Made by a program: the position numbers and the translations under genes
Source: Acidobacteriota bacterium
GTDB taxonomy: Bacteria; Acidobacteriota; Thermoanaerobaculia; Thermoanaerobaculales; Sulfomarinibacteraceae
Direction of reading: 5' to 3'
NCBI GenBank assembly: GCA_024641545.1
Contig: JAHECW010000003.1
Span: 1,951-65,950, forward strand
DNA length: 64,000 bases
Shown: positions 41,341-50,089 of the stretch, one piece after another
Layout: each line of letters starts with the position of its first letter
Numbering within the stretch: the stretch's first letter is position 1
The notes under the pieces: model-generated
Told to the model about the DNA's origin: nothing
The model's input: the letters and a program-made list of their open reading frames with translations, nothing else
Database searches by the model: none

Positions 41341-42816
41341 TCACCCTCCCGGGGTGTGCGGCGGAAACCAGCACGAAACCACCGACCCGCCGCCGGATCG
41401 CTGTTGCAGGCTGATCCGGCCGCCGTGGCCCTCGACGATCTCGCGGCAGAGGGCGAGACCGAGACCGCTGCCGGTCTTTTTTGTCGAGTAGAAGGGCAGC
41501 AGGGCGCGCTTCATGGTTTCCTCGTTCATCCCTCGACCGCGGTCGAGGACCTGGACGCAGGCGCCGCCCTCGGCGGTCGCGAAGACCCTGAGGCTGATCT
41601 CGGGTTCGGCATCCGAGGCCTCGACCGCATTCACAAGCAGGTTGATCAGGAGCTGGCGAAACTGCGCGCGATCGAGCCAGACGGGCCGCGAGGGGAGCGG
41701 CCCGTCGATGGTGAGGGTCGGAAACTCGTCGAGGTGGTCGAGCAGCCCGGACCACGTCGCCTCCTCGCGGCGCGGCGCCGGCAGCCGCGCGAATCGTGCG
41801 TAGCCGTCGATGAACTCTCTGAGGTGTCCGAGCCTGTCGCGGATCGTGGCGAAGACCTCTTCGGCTCGATCGGCGTGTTCCGGGCGCCGGCTGATGAGCT
41901 CGGCGGAGTGGACCAGCGACGATACCGGCGCGAGTGAGTTGTTGAGTTCGTGCGAGATGACCCGGATGACCTTCTTCCAGATCGCCGCCTCCCTGCGGCC
42001 GAGCTCGGCGGTCATCCGGTAGAGCAGGACCAGGACGTGCTTTCGGCGGTTGAGAACGAACCCTCGTCGTGAAAGGTGGTAGGTTTCGATGCTGTCGCCG
42101 TCTCGAACCGAGAACACACCGTCACCGTCGCCGGCGAGGATCTCGCGCATCTGGGGCGGGCAGCTCTGTCGGATGTCGGCGGCAAACAGACGACCTTCGA
42201 GCCGGCCGCCGCCGGTCAGCAGCCGCCGCGCCTCGAGATTGGAAAAGACGACCCGGTCGCGGGGGTTGACCAGGACGACGGCGACCGGCGACTGGTCGAG
42301 GGCGCTGGAGAGCAGGAGCTCCCTGGAACGGACCGCCAGGCGTTCGTCGCGCAGGGTCTCGCCGACCCGGTTGTAGAGCCGGGCGAGATCGCCGAGCTCA
42401 TCCTTGCGGTCCGAGGCGAGCCGGACGCTGAAATCGTGGTCGTTGAAACTGGCGATGCCGAAGTGCAGGCCGCTGAGCGTCCGGTCGAGGGGGCGGAGGA
42501 TGCGGCTGACGAGCCAGGCGCCGACCGGGATGCCGATGAGCATGGCGAAGATCAGGCCGAGCCACGGATCGCCGGTGAGCCGCATCATCCCGGCTACGAG
42601 AACCCCTTGGATGACGAGCACGAAAACTATCGCCGCCGTGAGCCGGCCGGCGAGGGAGGGGCGGAAGGGAAGAGTCGTGGAGCCTTGGGGGCGTGAGGCC
42701 GACACCGCGGCTGATGTTGTCCCGGTCGCTGCTCCTGCCGCTGCCGCTGTTCCTGCCGCTGTTCCTGCCGCTGACTCTGCCGCTGACTCGGACGCGGACT
42801 CGGAGGGATCGGTCAT
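41341..42816 (-). CDS. sensor histidine kinase (HAMP-PAS-HisKA-HATPase_c), NtrB-like partner of the sigma-54 regulator
   Basis: H-box VISHELNNSLAPV, N-box LLVNAVEAS, G2 GSGLGLALCREIVEGHGG. ATG 42816 overlaps the regulator stop (ATGA). An alternative GTG at 42705 would skip the hexamer array. Confidence 0.85.
   Translation of the reverse strand: MTDPSESASESAAESAAGTAAGTAAAAGAATGTTSAAVSASRPQGSTTLPFRPSLAGRLTAAIVFVLVIQGVLVAGMMRLTGDPWLGLIFAMLIGIPVGAWLVSRILRPLDRTLSGLHFGIASFNDHDFSVRLASDRKDELGDLARLYNRVGETLRDERLAVRSRELLLSSALDQSPVAVVLVNPRDRVVFSNLEARRLLTGGGRLEGRLFAADIRQSCPPQMREILAGDGDGVFSVRDGDSIETYHLSRRGFVLNRRKHVLVLLYRMTAELGRREAAIWKKVIRVISHELNNSLAPVSSLVHSAELISRRPEHADRAEEVFATIRDRLGHLREFIDGYARFARLPAPRREEATWSGLLDHLDEFPTLTIDGPLPSRPVWLDRAQFRQLLINLLVNAVEASDAEPEISLRVFATAEGGACVQVLDRGRGMNEETMKRALLPFYSTKKTGSGLGLALCREIVEGHGGRISLQQRSGGGSVVSCWFPPHTPGG
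42706..42812. repeat. hexamer-periodic array lying between or inside the NtrC-HK gene pair
   Basis: GCTGAT GTTGTC CCGGTC GCTGCT CCTGCC GCTGCC GCTGTT CCTGCC GCTGTT CCTGCC GCTGAC TCTGCC GCTGAC TCGGAC GCGGAC TCGGAG. Confidence 0.85.
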
Positions 42817-44213
42817 GGCAGGGGAGAACGGCTTCTCGGGCGCCGTTCGAGCTCGATGCCGAACCGCGCCATCTTCCGATAGAGAGCCTGGCGCGTGATC
42901 TCGAGCTCGTCGGCCGCGCGCGCGACGATGCCGCGGTTCCGGTTGAGCACCGCCAAGAGCCGTTCGCGCTCGGCGAACTCGTCGTCCCCGAGCGGTCCGG
43001 CGCTCCGGTCATCGGCGTTGCTGATCCCGAGGTCCTCGGGGGTGATGGTCGTTCCGGACGCGACCACGGTCGCCCGCTGGATTCGATTCTCGAGCTCGCG
43101 GACGTTGCCCGGCCAATCGTGAACCGTGAGCGCCCCGACGGTCTCGTCGGCGAGTTCGAAGATCGCGCCGGGCGCGTGGTGGTCGAGAAAGTGGCGCGCG
43201 AGCGGGAGAACATCTTCGGCCCGCTCGGCCAGGGGCGGCAGCCGGAGCTCGACCACGTTGAGGCGATAGTAGAGATCCTCCCGGAACCGACCGTCGACCA
43301 CGGCGGCGACGAGATCGGCGTTGGTCGCGCTGATCACGCGGACATCGGCCGAACGCGCCTCGCTGCTGCCGAGCCGGCGGAACTCGCCGCTCTGCAGGAC
43401 CCGCAGGAGCTTGACCTGGCCGGCGAGGGAGAGCCCGTCGATCTCGTCGAGAAAGAGGGTGCCGCCGTGGGCGGTCTCGAAGTGACCGATCCGGCGGCTG
43501 GTGATCCCGGTGTAGGCGCCCGGTTCGGCGCCGAAGAGCTCACTCTCCATGAGGTCGTCGGGGATCGCACCGACATTGACGCGGACGAAGGGTCGGTTTC
43601 GGCGGGACGAGTTCGTCTGGACGATCTCCGCGAGCTTCTCCTTGCCCGAACCGCTCGGTCCGGTGATCAGGACCGGCGCCGACGAGTCGGCGACGCCGAT
43701 GGCGAGCGAGACCACCCGATGCATCGCCGCACTGCGGTAGACGACGCCGCAGAGCTCGTGCTCGGCGGCGAGCTCCGCCCGAGTCCGATCGAGCGCGGCG
43801 TGCAGGCGGCGGCTCTCCTGCCGCGCCGCGCGGAGCTCGACAAGATTGCGGACCGAGGTCACCAACTGATCGTCCTGCCACGGCTTCTCGAGGTAATCGG
43901 CGGCGCCGGCCTTGACCAGCTCGACCGCCGACTCGAGGGACGCCCAAGCGGTAATGACGACGATGGGAAGCTCGGGGTCGATCTCGCGCAGGCGGTGAAA
44001 AAGCTCGACGCCTTCATCCCCGCTGGTGACGTGGGGCGAGAAGTTCATGTCCATGACCACGGCGCCGAGGATTTCGCCGGCGACGATCCGGCAGGCCGCG
44101 CCCGGCGAGGCCGCCCCCAGGTTTGGGATGTCGTGGAGATCGAAGAGGACCCCCAGCGCGGTCAGCACCGCCGGCTGGTCGTCAACCACGAGAACCCGGA
44201 GGGAATCGGTCAC
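42813..44213 (-). CDS. sigma-54-dependent response regulator (NtrC family)
   Basis: 466 aa. Receiver domain (VVMDMNF). AAA+ domain with Walker A GPSGSGKE, GAFTGA variant GAEPGAYTGI and RVISATN. C-terminal Fis-type HTH (ELEITRQALYRKM). Confidence 0.9.
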   Translation of the reverse strand: MTDSLRVLVVDDQPAVLTALGVLFDLHDIPNLGAASPGAACRIVAGEILGAVVMDMNFSPHVTSGDEGVELFHRLREIDPELPIVVITAWASLESAVELVKAGAADYLEKPWQDDQLVTSVRNLVELRAARQESRRLHAALDRTRAELAAEHELCGVVYRSAAMHRVVSLAIGVADSSAPVLITGPSGSGKEKLAEIVQTNSSRRNRPFVRVNVGAIPDDLMESELFGAEPGAYTGITSRRIGHFETAHGGTLFLDEIDGLSLAGQVKLLRVLQSGEFRRLGSSEARSADVRVISATNADLVAAVVDGRFREDLYYRLNVVELRLPPLAERAEDVLPLARHFLDHHAPGAIFELADETVGALTVHDWPGNVRELENRIQRATVVASGTTITPEDLGISNADDRSAGPLGDDEFAERERLLAVLNRNRGIVARAADELEITRQALYRKMARFGIELERRPRSRSPLP

Positions 44214-44258
44214 GGTGGCCCCATTCTACGCGGCCCGGCGGCGCGCCGGTGCGTCACC

Positions 44259-45467
44259 TCACACCGTCCTCGTCGTGACCACCGGCGGCACCAGGGTGGC
44301 CTGGAAGGCGGGGGCGAGGGCCGACGCCACCCCGATGACCCACAGCAGGGCAATCCCTTCGGCCAGCAGGGTCCATTCGAGGGCCGGTGCCCCAGCGACG
44401 AGCGTGAGGGCGTAGTTGAGGACATAGGTCAGGACGACTCCGAGGGTGAGCCCGATCCCGGTGATCACCCAGATTTCGATGACGAAATACCGCATAACCT
44501 CGCCGCGGGTTGCACCGAGGGCGCGGCGGGTGCCGATCTCGCGGACCCGCTGGGTGACCGAGAACGAGGTCAGACCGATAATCCCGAGGGCGGTCACCCC
44601 GATGAGCAGCACGGTCAGTGCGGTCAGGATCTTCACCAGGACCAGCTCGCCGTCGAAATAGTCTCGTTTGTAATCCGAGAGCAGCCGAACGGTGACGACC
44701 CGGTCCGTGTTGACCGCCCGTACTGCGGGTTCCAGCTCGTTGAAGACGTGGTCCATGTCGCCGGGATGGGTTCTGACGACATAGCGGAGTTCACGCGGGT
44801 CGTCGGTCGGGCCCGGCCGGAGCATCACCGACTCGGCGATGGACGAACGCGGCCAGGCGTTGTGCATCTTGGCGATGATCCCGACGACGGTGCCGAAGAC
44901 CCGATCGGTGTCGACATCGTGCAGGGTCCTGCCGAGGGCGTCGCCGTCGGGGTAGAGCTTGTCGGCCAACGCCTGGGTGATGATGAGATTCTCGGGCTCG
45001 TCGGATTCGGGGTGGAGATCCGACTCGATGTGATCGCGGCCGGCGACGAGCTCCACGCCGAAGGCGTCGAGTGCTCCGAGGCCGGTGGTGAAATACGGCG
45101 CCGCTTGACCGTCGCCTTCGCTGTCGGCTGGTCGCAGCCGAGTGATCGCGCCACCCCCGGCGAGGGGAAGGTAATCCACGGCGGCGGCGGCTCGCACCCC
45201 GGGGAGCGCCTGCAGCCGGCGGAGGTCCTCCTCGCGGACGGTGTCGAGGAATGCCTGGTCCGCAAAATCGTCGGCGAAGGGCTGGGTCGTGACGACCACG
45301 AGATTGGGCTCGTCGATCCCCGAGGACCGGGTCAGCAGGTCGCGCCGGTCGAGGATGATGGCGACGCAGTTGGCGACGACGGCGAGGGTCAGCGCCACCT
45401 CGACGGTGATGAGCCAGAACCGGGTCGGGTTGTGCATCAGGGCGCGGATGATGGGGCCGAGTTCCAT
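44259..45467 (-). CDS. ABC transporter permease, FtsX/MacB type
   Basis: 402 aa. TM1, a large periplasmic domain and three C-terminal TM helices (FtsX). RALGATRGEV motif. Confidence 0.85.
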   Translation of the reverse strand: MELGPIIRALMHNPTRFWLITVEVALTLAVVANCVAIILDRRDLLTRSSGIDEPNLVVVTTQPFADDFADQAFLDTVREEDLRRLQALPGVRAAAAVDYLPLAGGGAITRLRPADSEGDGQAAPYFTTGLGALDAFGVELVAGRDHIESDLHPESDEPENLIITQALADKLYPDGDALGRTLHDVDTDRVFGTVVGIIAKMHNAWPRSSIAESVMLRPGPTDDPRELRYVVRTHPGDMDHVFNELEPAVRAVNTDRVVTVRLLSDYKRDYFDGELVLVKILTALTVLLIGVTALGIIGLTSFSVTQRVREIGTRRALGATRGEVMRYFVIEIWVITGIGLTLGVVLTYVLNYALTLVAGAPALEWTLLAEGIALLWVIGVASALAPAFQATLVPPVVTTRTV

Positions 45468-45479
45468 GCTTGAGACCTT

Positions 45480-46793
45480 TCACTGCAGCTTGAGGTGGAC
45501 GGCCGGTGCGACCCGACAGATCCGCCACGCGGGATAGACGCCGGCAACCAGGCCGGCAACCAGCGCCAATCCGATGCCGGCCCCGACCATGGTGAGATCG
45601 AGGCCGAACTGACCGCTGTTGTCGAGCAGCCGGTTGATCAGGCGGAGGGCGACGACGGAGAGACCGAGCCCGAAGACGCCGCCGAGGACCCCGACGAACT
45701 CGCACTCGACCAGGTGCTGGGCGAAGACCGACGCGCGGCTCGCGCCGAGGGCGCGCCGGACGCCGACCTCCGGGGCGCGGGCGAGGAACTTGCCGAGCAG
45801 GATCCCGATGAGGTTGACCGAACACACGAGCAGGAAGAGCAGCGAGATGACCAGCATCCCCGTCGCCTCCTCGGGCACCACCCGCCGTGTTTCCAGGAAG
45901 TGCATCACATCGAGGAGCCGGTTGTTGAGCGGTCGGGCGAAGCGGCCGAGCCTCTTCTGCTCCATGACATAGGCGGCGAGAAAGTCGCTGTAGGCCCGCC
46001 GCTGCTCGGCGGTGTCGAGTTGCACCCACATCTGGATCCAGACCGCCTCGGAGGTCAGGAACTCGGAGAAGCCGGTGCCGGCGCTGCCGTCCCAGATGAG
46101 CAGATTGCCCTCGGTGTAGACCTCGAAGAGGCGGAAGAACTCAAAGGGCAGGTAGATGCCCTCCGGGACCTGGTCGGCGCCGGTGTGGGGATCGTAGAAC
46201 CGCGGCGAAGGGCGCCACCGGGCGAGAACACCGACAACGGTGAAGAGCCGGTCCTCGATGCGGATGGTCCTGCCGACGGAATCGCCGCCGCCGAAGAGCT
46301 TCCGGTTGGTGGCGGCGTCAATGACCACCACGGGTTCGGGTCCCTGGTCGGCGTCCCGCCCCCATCCGCCGCCGAACTCGAACGGGACCTCGAAGAGAGG
46401 GAAGAAGTCGGAGAAACACATCCGTGCCCTTTCCCGATACGGCCGCTGCCCCTCCCCGTCGGGATGGACGGTGAGCGCGGCGACGAACATCCCGCTCTGG
46501 TGGGTGGGAATGTCGGATCTCATGATCCCCTGCATGTCGCGGTAGGTGATCTGTTCGGGTGGGATCTCGGGTCGCGACTGGGAGTACGGCCGGTCGGGCC
46601 CCCAGCTGTCCATTTCGACGTAGTACAGACGGTCGCTCTTGGCCGGGATCGGGTCGCCGGAGTAGACGTGGTGGACGGTCACGAAGGCCGTCGACACCGC
46701 AACCCCGAGGGCGATGGCGGCGACCAGCAGAGTCGACAGAACGGGGTTTCGCTTGAGGCTGAGCCACGCGATGCGGATTTGGTAGGCAAGCAT
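45480..46793 (-). CDS. ABC transporter permease, FtsX/MacB type (second paralog)
   Basis: 437 aa with the same architecture. RRALGASRASV motif. Confidence 0.85.
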   Translation of the reverse strand: MLAYQIRIAWLSLKRNPVLSTLLVAAIALGVAVSTAFVTVHHVYSGDPIPAKSDRLYYVEMDSWGPDRPYSQSRPEIPPEQITYRDMQGIMRSDIPTHQSGMFVAALTVHPDGEGQRPYRERARMCFSDFFPLFEVPFEFGGGWGRDADQGPEPVVVIDAATNRKLFGGGDSVGRTIRIEDRLFTVVGVLARWRPSPRFYDPHTGADQVPEGIYLPFEFFRLFEVYTEGNLLIWDGSAGTGFSEFLTSEAVWIQMWVQLDTAEQRRAYSDFLAAYVMEQKRLGRFARPLNNRLLDVMHFLETRRVVPEEATGMLVISLLFLLVCSVNLIGILLGKFLARAPEVGVRRALGASRASVFAQHLVECEFVGVLGGVFGLGLSVVALRLINRLLDNSGQFGLDLTMVGAGIGLALVAGLVAGVYPAWRICRVAPAVHLKLQ

Positions 46794-46805
46794 CCGGGTT
46801 GCTCC

Positions 46806-47534
46806 TCAGATCCGCGACGATACGGCGCGCTCGGCCGCGACCGCCAACGGCGCCGGTCGGTCGTCGGCCTCGAAATCGATGAGCCGGCCGTCAAGCAGGT
46901 GCAGGCAGCGCCGGGCGCGGGCGGCGAGATCGGGTTCGTGGGTCACCATCACGACGGTGGTTTCCATCTCGTTGATGGTCTCGAGCAGATCCAGGATCTC
47001 GTTGGCCATGGCGGTGTCGAGGTTGCCGGTGGGTTCGTCCGCGAGGATGAGGTTCGGGGCGCCGACGAGGGCTCGGGCCACCGCCACCCGCTGCTGTTGA
47101 CCGCCCGAGAGTTGGGCCGGGTGGTGTTTCGAACGCGCGCTGAGGCCGACGATGTCGAGCGCGTGGTCGATGGCCTTGCGGCGGTCCGCCGCCTTCATTC
47201 CGCGGTAGCGGAGCGGGACATCAACGTTGTCGAAGACGTTGAGGTCGGGGATGAGATTGAACGACTGAAAGATGAACCCGATCTTGCGGTTGCGGATCCT
47301 CGACATCTGACGATCGCTGAGCTTGCTGACATCCTCGCCGTCAAAGAGGTAGCGGCCCTGTTCGAAGGTGTCGAGGAGACCGGCGATGTTGAGCAGCGTC
47401 GTCTTGCCCGAACCCGACGGACCCATCACCGACACGAACTCCCCGGAGTCGATCTTGAGGGTGAAATCGGTCAGCGCGTGGGTTTCGACGTGCTGGGTTC
47501 GATAGATCTTGCGGATACCGTCCATCTCGATCAT
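46806..47534 (-). CDS. ABC transporter ATP-binding protein (MacB/LolD type)
   Basis: Start at MIEMDGIRKIY with AAGGAG upstream. Walker A GPSGSGKTT, signature LSGGQQQR, Walker B LILADEPTGNLD. Confidence 0.9.
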   Translation of the reverse strand: MIEMDGIRKIYRTQHVETHALTDFTLKIDSGEFVSVMGPSGSGKTTLLNIAGLLDTFEQGRYLFDGEDVSKLSDRQMSRIRNRKIGFIFQSFNLIPDLNVFDNVDVPLRYRGMKAADRRKAIDHALDIVGLSARSKHHPAQLSGGQQQRVAVARALVGAPNLILADEPTGNLDTAMANEILDLLETINEMETTVVMVTHEPDLAARARRCLHLLDGRLIDFEADDRPAPLAVAAERAVSSRI

Positions 47535-47557
47535 GAGCTTCTCCTTGCTTTTCCGGA

Positions 47558-48829
47558 CTAACGCACCAGCACGCGCTGCGCGCCTTCGAACCGGGTGGTG
47601 TCGGAAATGACGATCTCGTCTTCGGCTGCGAGGCCGGATCGAATCTCGACCTCGGAGATGCTGGTCGCGCCGATCTCGATCGGCCGCATCACCGCCATGC
47701 CGTCGGCGACGATGTAGGCCTGGCGGCCGCTGCCCGCCTCGAGCCACGGCCCGCGAGCGACCTTGAGCACGTCGCGACGGGTTTCGAGCACGATTCGGAC
47801 GCTGACGCGCTGGTTCTGCTTGAGACCTCCCGGGATGGCGCCCGTGAAGGCAACCCGCCCCTTGACCCGGTTCCCCTCGACCTCGGGCGAGATGCCGACC
47901 ACCGCACCGTCGAAGCTCTCGGCGCCGATGGTGATGACCGCGGAGGTCCCGGGGGTGACCTCGTCGGCGAGATTCTCGGCGACGGCGGTTTCGACCTCGA
48001 GGGCCGAGAGATCGACCACGGTGACGAGGGCTTCGTTGCGCGCCACCGCCTGGCTGTCTTCGACGTGGATCCGTGAAACCAGCCCGGCGACCGGCGCCCG
48101 GACGACGAGCGAGTCGACTCGGCGTTCGAGGTCGCTGGCCAGGAGGCGCTGGCGTTCGAGGCGCTGGCCCGCGTCTTCGAGTTCGAAGGCGTGCATCTCG
48201 CGCTCGAGGCTCTCGCGGCGTTGGGCCTTGCCGAGTTCGAGGGTGCGGATGGTGACCTCGTCGCGCGCGGTCTCGAGATCGATCTCGTTGACCAGACCGA
48301 TGTCGAAGAGGCGTTGGGATCGATCGAGGTTGCGTCGCGAGGCGGCCAGGCGGACCTCGGCAAGCTCGATATCCTGTTCGTTCTCGAGTTGTCGTTGGCG
48401 GCTGGAGATCTCGAGCCGATCGTGTTCCGAGGCTGCGGCGGCGAGGGACGCCCGCTCCTGCATCAGGCTGTTCTCGAGCTCGGGGCTCGAGACCCTGCCG
48501 AGAACCTGGCCCTCCTCGACGACCTCGCCCGCTTCCACATCGATGACGACGATTCCCTGGGCCGGACTGAAGGCCGTCGGGTTGGACCCGGCGACCACGC
48601 GCCCGTCCACCGCCACCTCGCGGACGAGATCGCCGCAGGCGACCGAGCCGAGGCGAATCTGGGCCCGCGGGACCGAGGTCTCCGATTGCGCCCAGCGTTT
48701 GATGGATGGTGCGAGCACGAGACCGCAGGTGACGAGGACGGCTGCGACAGAGCCGAGCACCAGCAGGTGTCGTTTTCGCCTCGGGCGGTCGTCGATCGCC
48801 CGGTCCATGGAGGAGACGTCGCGGATCAT
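47558..48829 (-). CDS. periplasmic adaptor (HlyD/MFP family)
   Basis: Start at MIRDVSSMD. One TM segment, a coiled-coil hairpin (EHDRLEISSRQRQLENEQDIELAEVRLAASRRNLDRSQRLF) and beta-barrel domains. Confidence 0.85.
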   Translation of the reverse strand: MIRDVSSMDRAIDDRPRRKRHLLVLGSVAAVLVTCGLVLAPSIKRWAQSETSVPRAQIRLGSVACGDLVREVAVDGRVVAGSNPTAFSPAQGIVVIDVEAGEVVEEGQVLGRVSSPELENSLMQERASLAAAASEHDRLEISSRQRQLENEQDIELAEVRLAASRRNLDRSQRLFDIGLVNEIDLETARDEVTIRTLELGKAQRRESLEREMHAFELEDAGQRLERQRLLASDLERRVDSLVVRAPVAGLVSRIHVEDSQAVARNEALVTVVDLSALEVETAVAENLADEVTPGTSAVITIGAESFDGAVVGISPEVEGNRVKGRVAFTGAIPGGLKQNQRVSVRIVLETRRDVLKVARGPWLEAGSGRQAYIVADGMAVMRPIEIGATSISEVEIRSGLAAEDEIVISDTTRFEGAQRVLVR

Positions 48830-48860
48830 GGGTGCTTCTTGTCCATCGGTCAACCGATCA

Positions 48861-48875
48861 GCAAGCCCCGTGCCA
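48861..48875 (-). promoter_or_regulatory. sigma-54 (-24/-12) promoter
   Basis: The minus strand reads TGGCAC-GGGGC-TTGC, an exact match to TGGCAC-N5-TTGC, 32 nt upstream of the adaptor ATG. Confidence 0.7.
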
Positions 48876-48951
48876 GTCGCGGGCACACAACTTAAGTTAT
48901 TCAATCGCAGTTGTTTCGCTCCTGTGCAACCGGTCGGAAAGCGGGGCACAG

Positions 48952-48987
48952 CCGGACAGGTGTCCGGTTCGAGCGGACAGACGTCCG
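48952..48987. promoter_or_regulatory. two GGACA-type palindromes, candidate enhancer-binding (UAS) sites
   Basis: CCGGACA-GG-TGTCCGG (48952-48967) and CGGAC-AGAC-GTCCG (48974-48987) lie 80-125 bp upstream of the -24/-12 element. Confidence 0.4.
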
Positions 48988-49093
48988 GGGTCGACCCGGC
49001 GTTGAACGGGGCCCGAGCCCGGCGACGACAAGGGATCAACCGCGCCGGCCTGCCGTCGATTGGTAACGGAGCGGGGGGAGCATAGTCTTATGG

Positions 49094-49590
49094 TTGGACT
49101 CCGAACTCGCTCGGGCGCCGGAGACGGGGGAGATGATGACGACAGGGCGGCTCGGTACGCTTGCGTTGGTGATTTTCACGGCGCTGACCGTCGCAACGTC
49201 CGGATGTGATCAGCGGTCACGTCGGATCGAGCGATTCGAGAACGGACTTCACCTGCAGCCGCGGATGGATGTCGCTCACCTCTTCAACTTCGATTCGGCC
49301 GGACTCCGAGTCGAGGATCGGATGCGCGAGCGGGTCTTCGAGCCGCTCGGGAGGACCTCCTGCGCCTACGAGTTCCCGTTCTCGCAGGAGACTCTCGCGC
49401 GAGTCGCTTTTCCCCCGACGGGGAAGGGAAGCCGCACATGAACGACCTCCACCCCTCGGCCCTCACGAACGGATTCGTCGTCATGGCCAACGGGGCCTCG
49501 GGTTTCGACCTCATCTTCGAGATCATCGCGGGGCTGACGGATCTCTACGGCTGGCCGGCGGTCGAGCTTGCACCTGACGACGACAGCTGA
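49094..49590 (+). pseudogene. decayed beta-lactamase-family serine hydrolase remnant (two short ORFs)
   Basis: ORF1 has a lipobox (LTVATSGC) and RVFEPLGRTSCAYEFP (compare the family motif PLGM..T.F). A 50-aa ORF2 (49438-49590, ATGA overlap) carries NGFVVMANGASG, like the C-terminal ..VVVLTN.. block. The SxxK region is absent. Confidence 0.35.
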
Positions 49591-49913
49591 TTCAAAGTGG
49601 TGTGAGTGCCGTGTCCGGAACCCGGCCTTCCGGGCCGCCTCCGGCGACCCGGCGTCGCACGATCAGCGTGGTCGTTCAAGGTTGATTGGGGGTTGTCGAC
49701 CACGCTGATCGGGCGCCGGCGGCCTCATGGCGACCGGGAGAGATGCACTGGGACGCTTTCGCCGTGGGTTGCCCGGCGTCGGCATTGTGCGGGGCATGAG
49801 GAGCTGCCGGAAGCTTGTTCCTGCACAATGCCGCGCCCGGCACGCCCCGGTGAACGTTTGGCTTTGGCTTCCCGGGACCGCGGTCGCTGCCGTCGCACCA
49901 GGAATCAGGGAGC

Positions 49914-49943
49914 CATTGTGGGGCCGGCGCCCCCGCCGGCCGG
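49914..49943 (+). repeat. REP2-family copy
   Basis: CATTGTGGGGCCGGCGCCCCCGCCGGCCGG is identical in its core to 17976-18005. Confidence 0.8.
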
Positions 49944-49965
49944 TCCGGCCTTCAGGTGGCCTTTG

Positions 49966-50050
49966 GCGCTGCCGCTGCCCCGGCCGCTGTCCCTGCCGCT
50001 GCCCCGGCCGCTGCCGCTGTCGCTGCCGCGGACGCGGACTCGGGCTCAGG
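49966..50050. repeat. hexamer-periodic array
   Basis: GCTGCC GCTGCC CCGGCC GCTGTC CCTGCC GCTGCC CCGGCC GCTGCC GCTGTC GCTGCC GCGGAC GCGGAC TCGGGC. Confidence 0.85.
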
Positions 50051-50089
50051 ATCGTTGCGGGCGTATAATCCCCCGGGTCTGGAGGCCCG

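Noticed and set aside
42693-47561. 926-aa and 688-aa plus-strand ORFs (42693-45473, 45495-47561)
   Set aside because: They are antisense to the NtrC, FtsX, FtsX and ABC genes, which carry clear motifs. Both are low-complexity and have no recognisable domains. The same reasoning applies to 784-1695, 1958-3553, 7911-9599, 11918-13525, 27293-29224, 31255-33507, 52475-54478, 55155-57038, 56944-58719 and 58930-60147.
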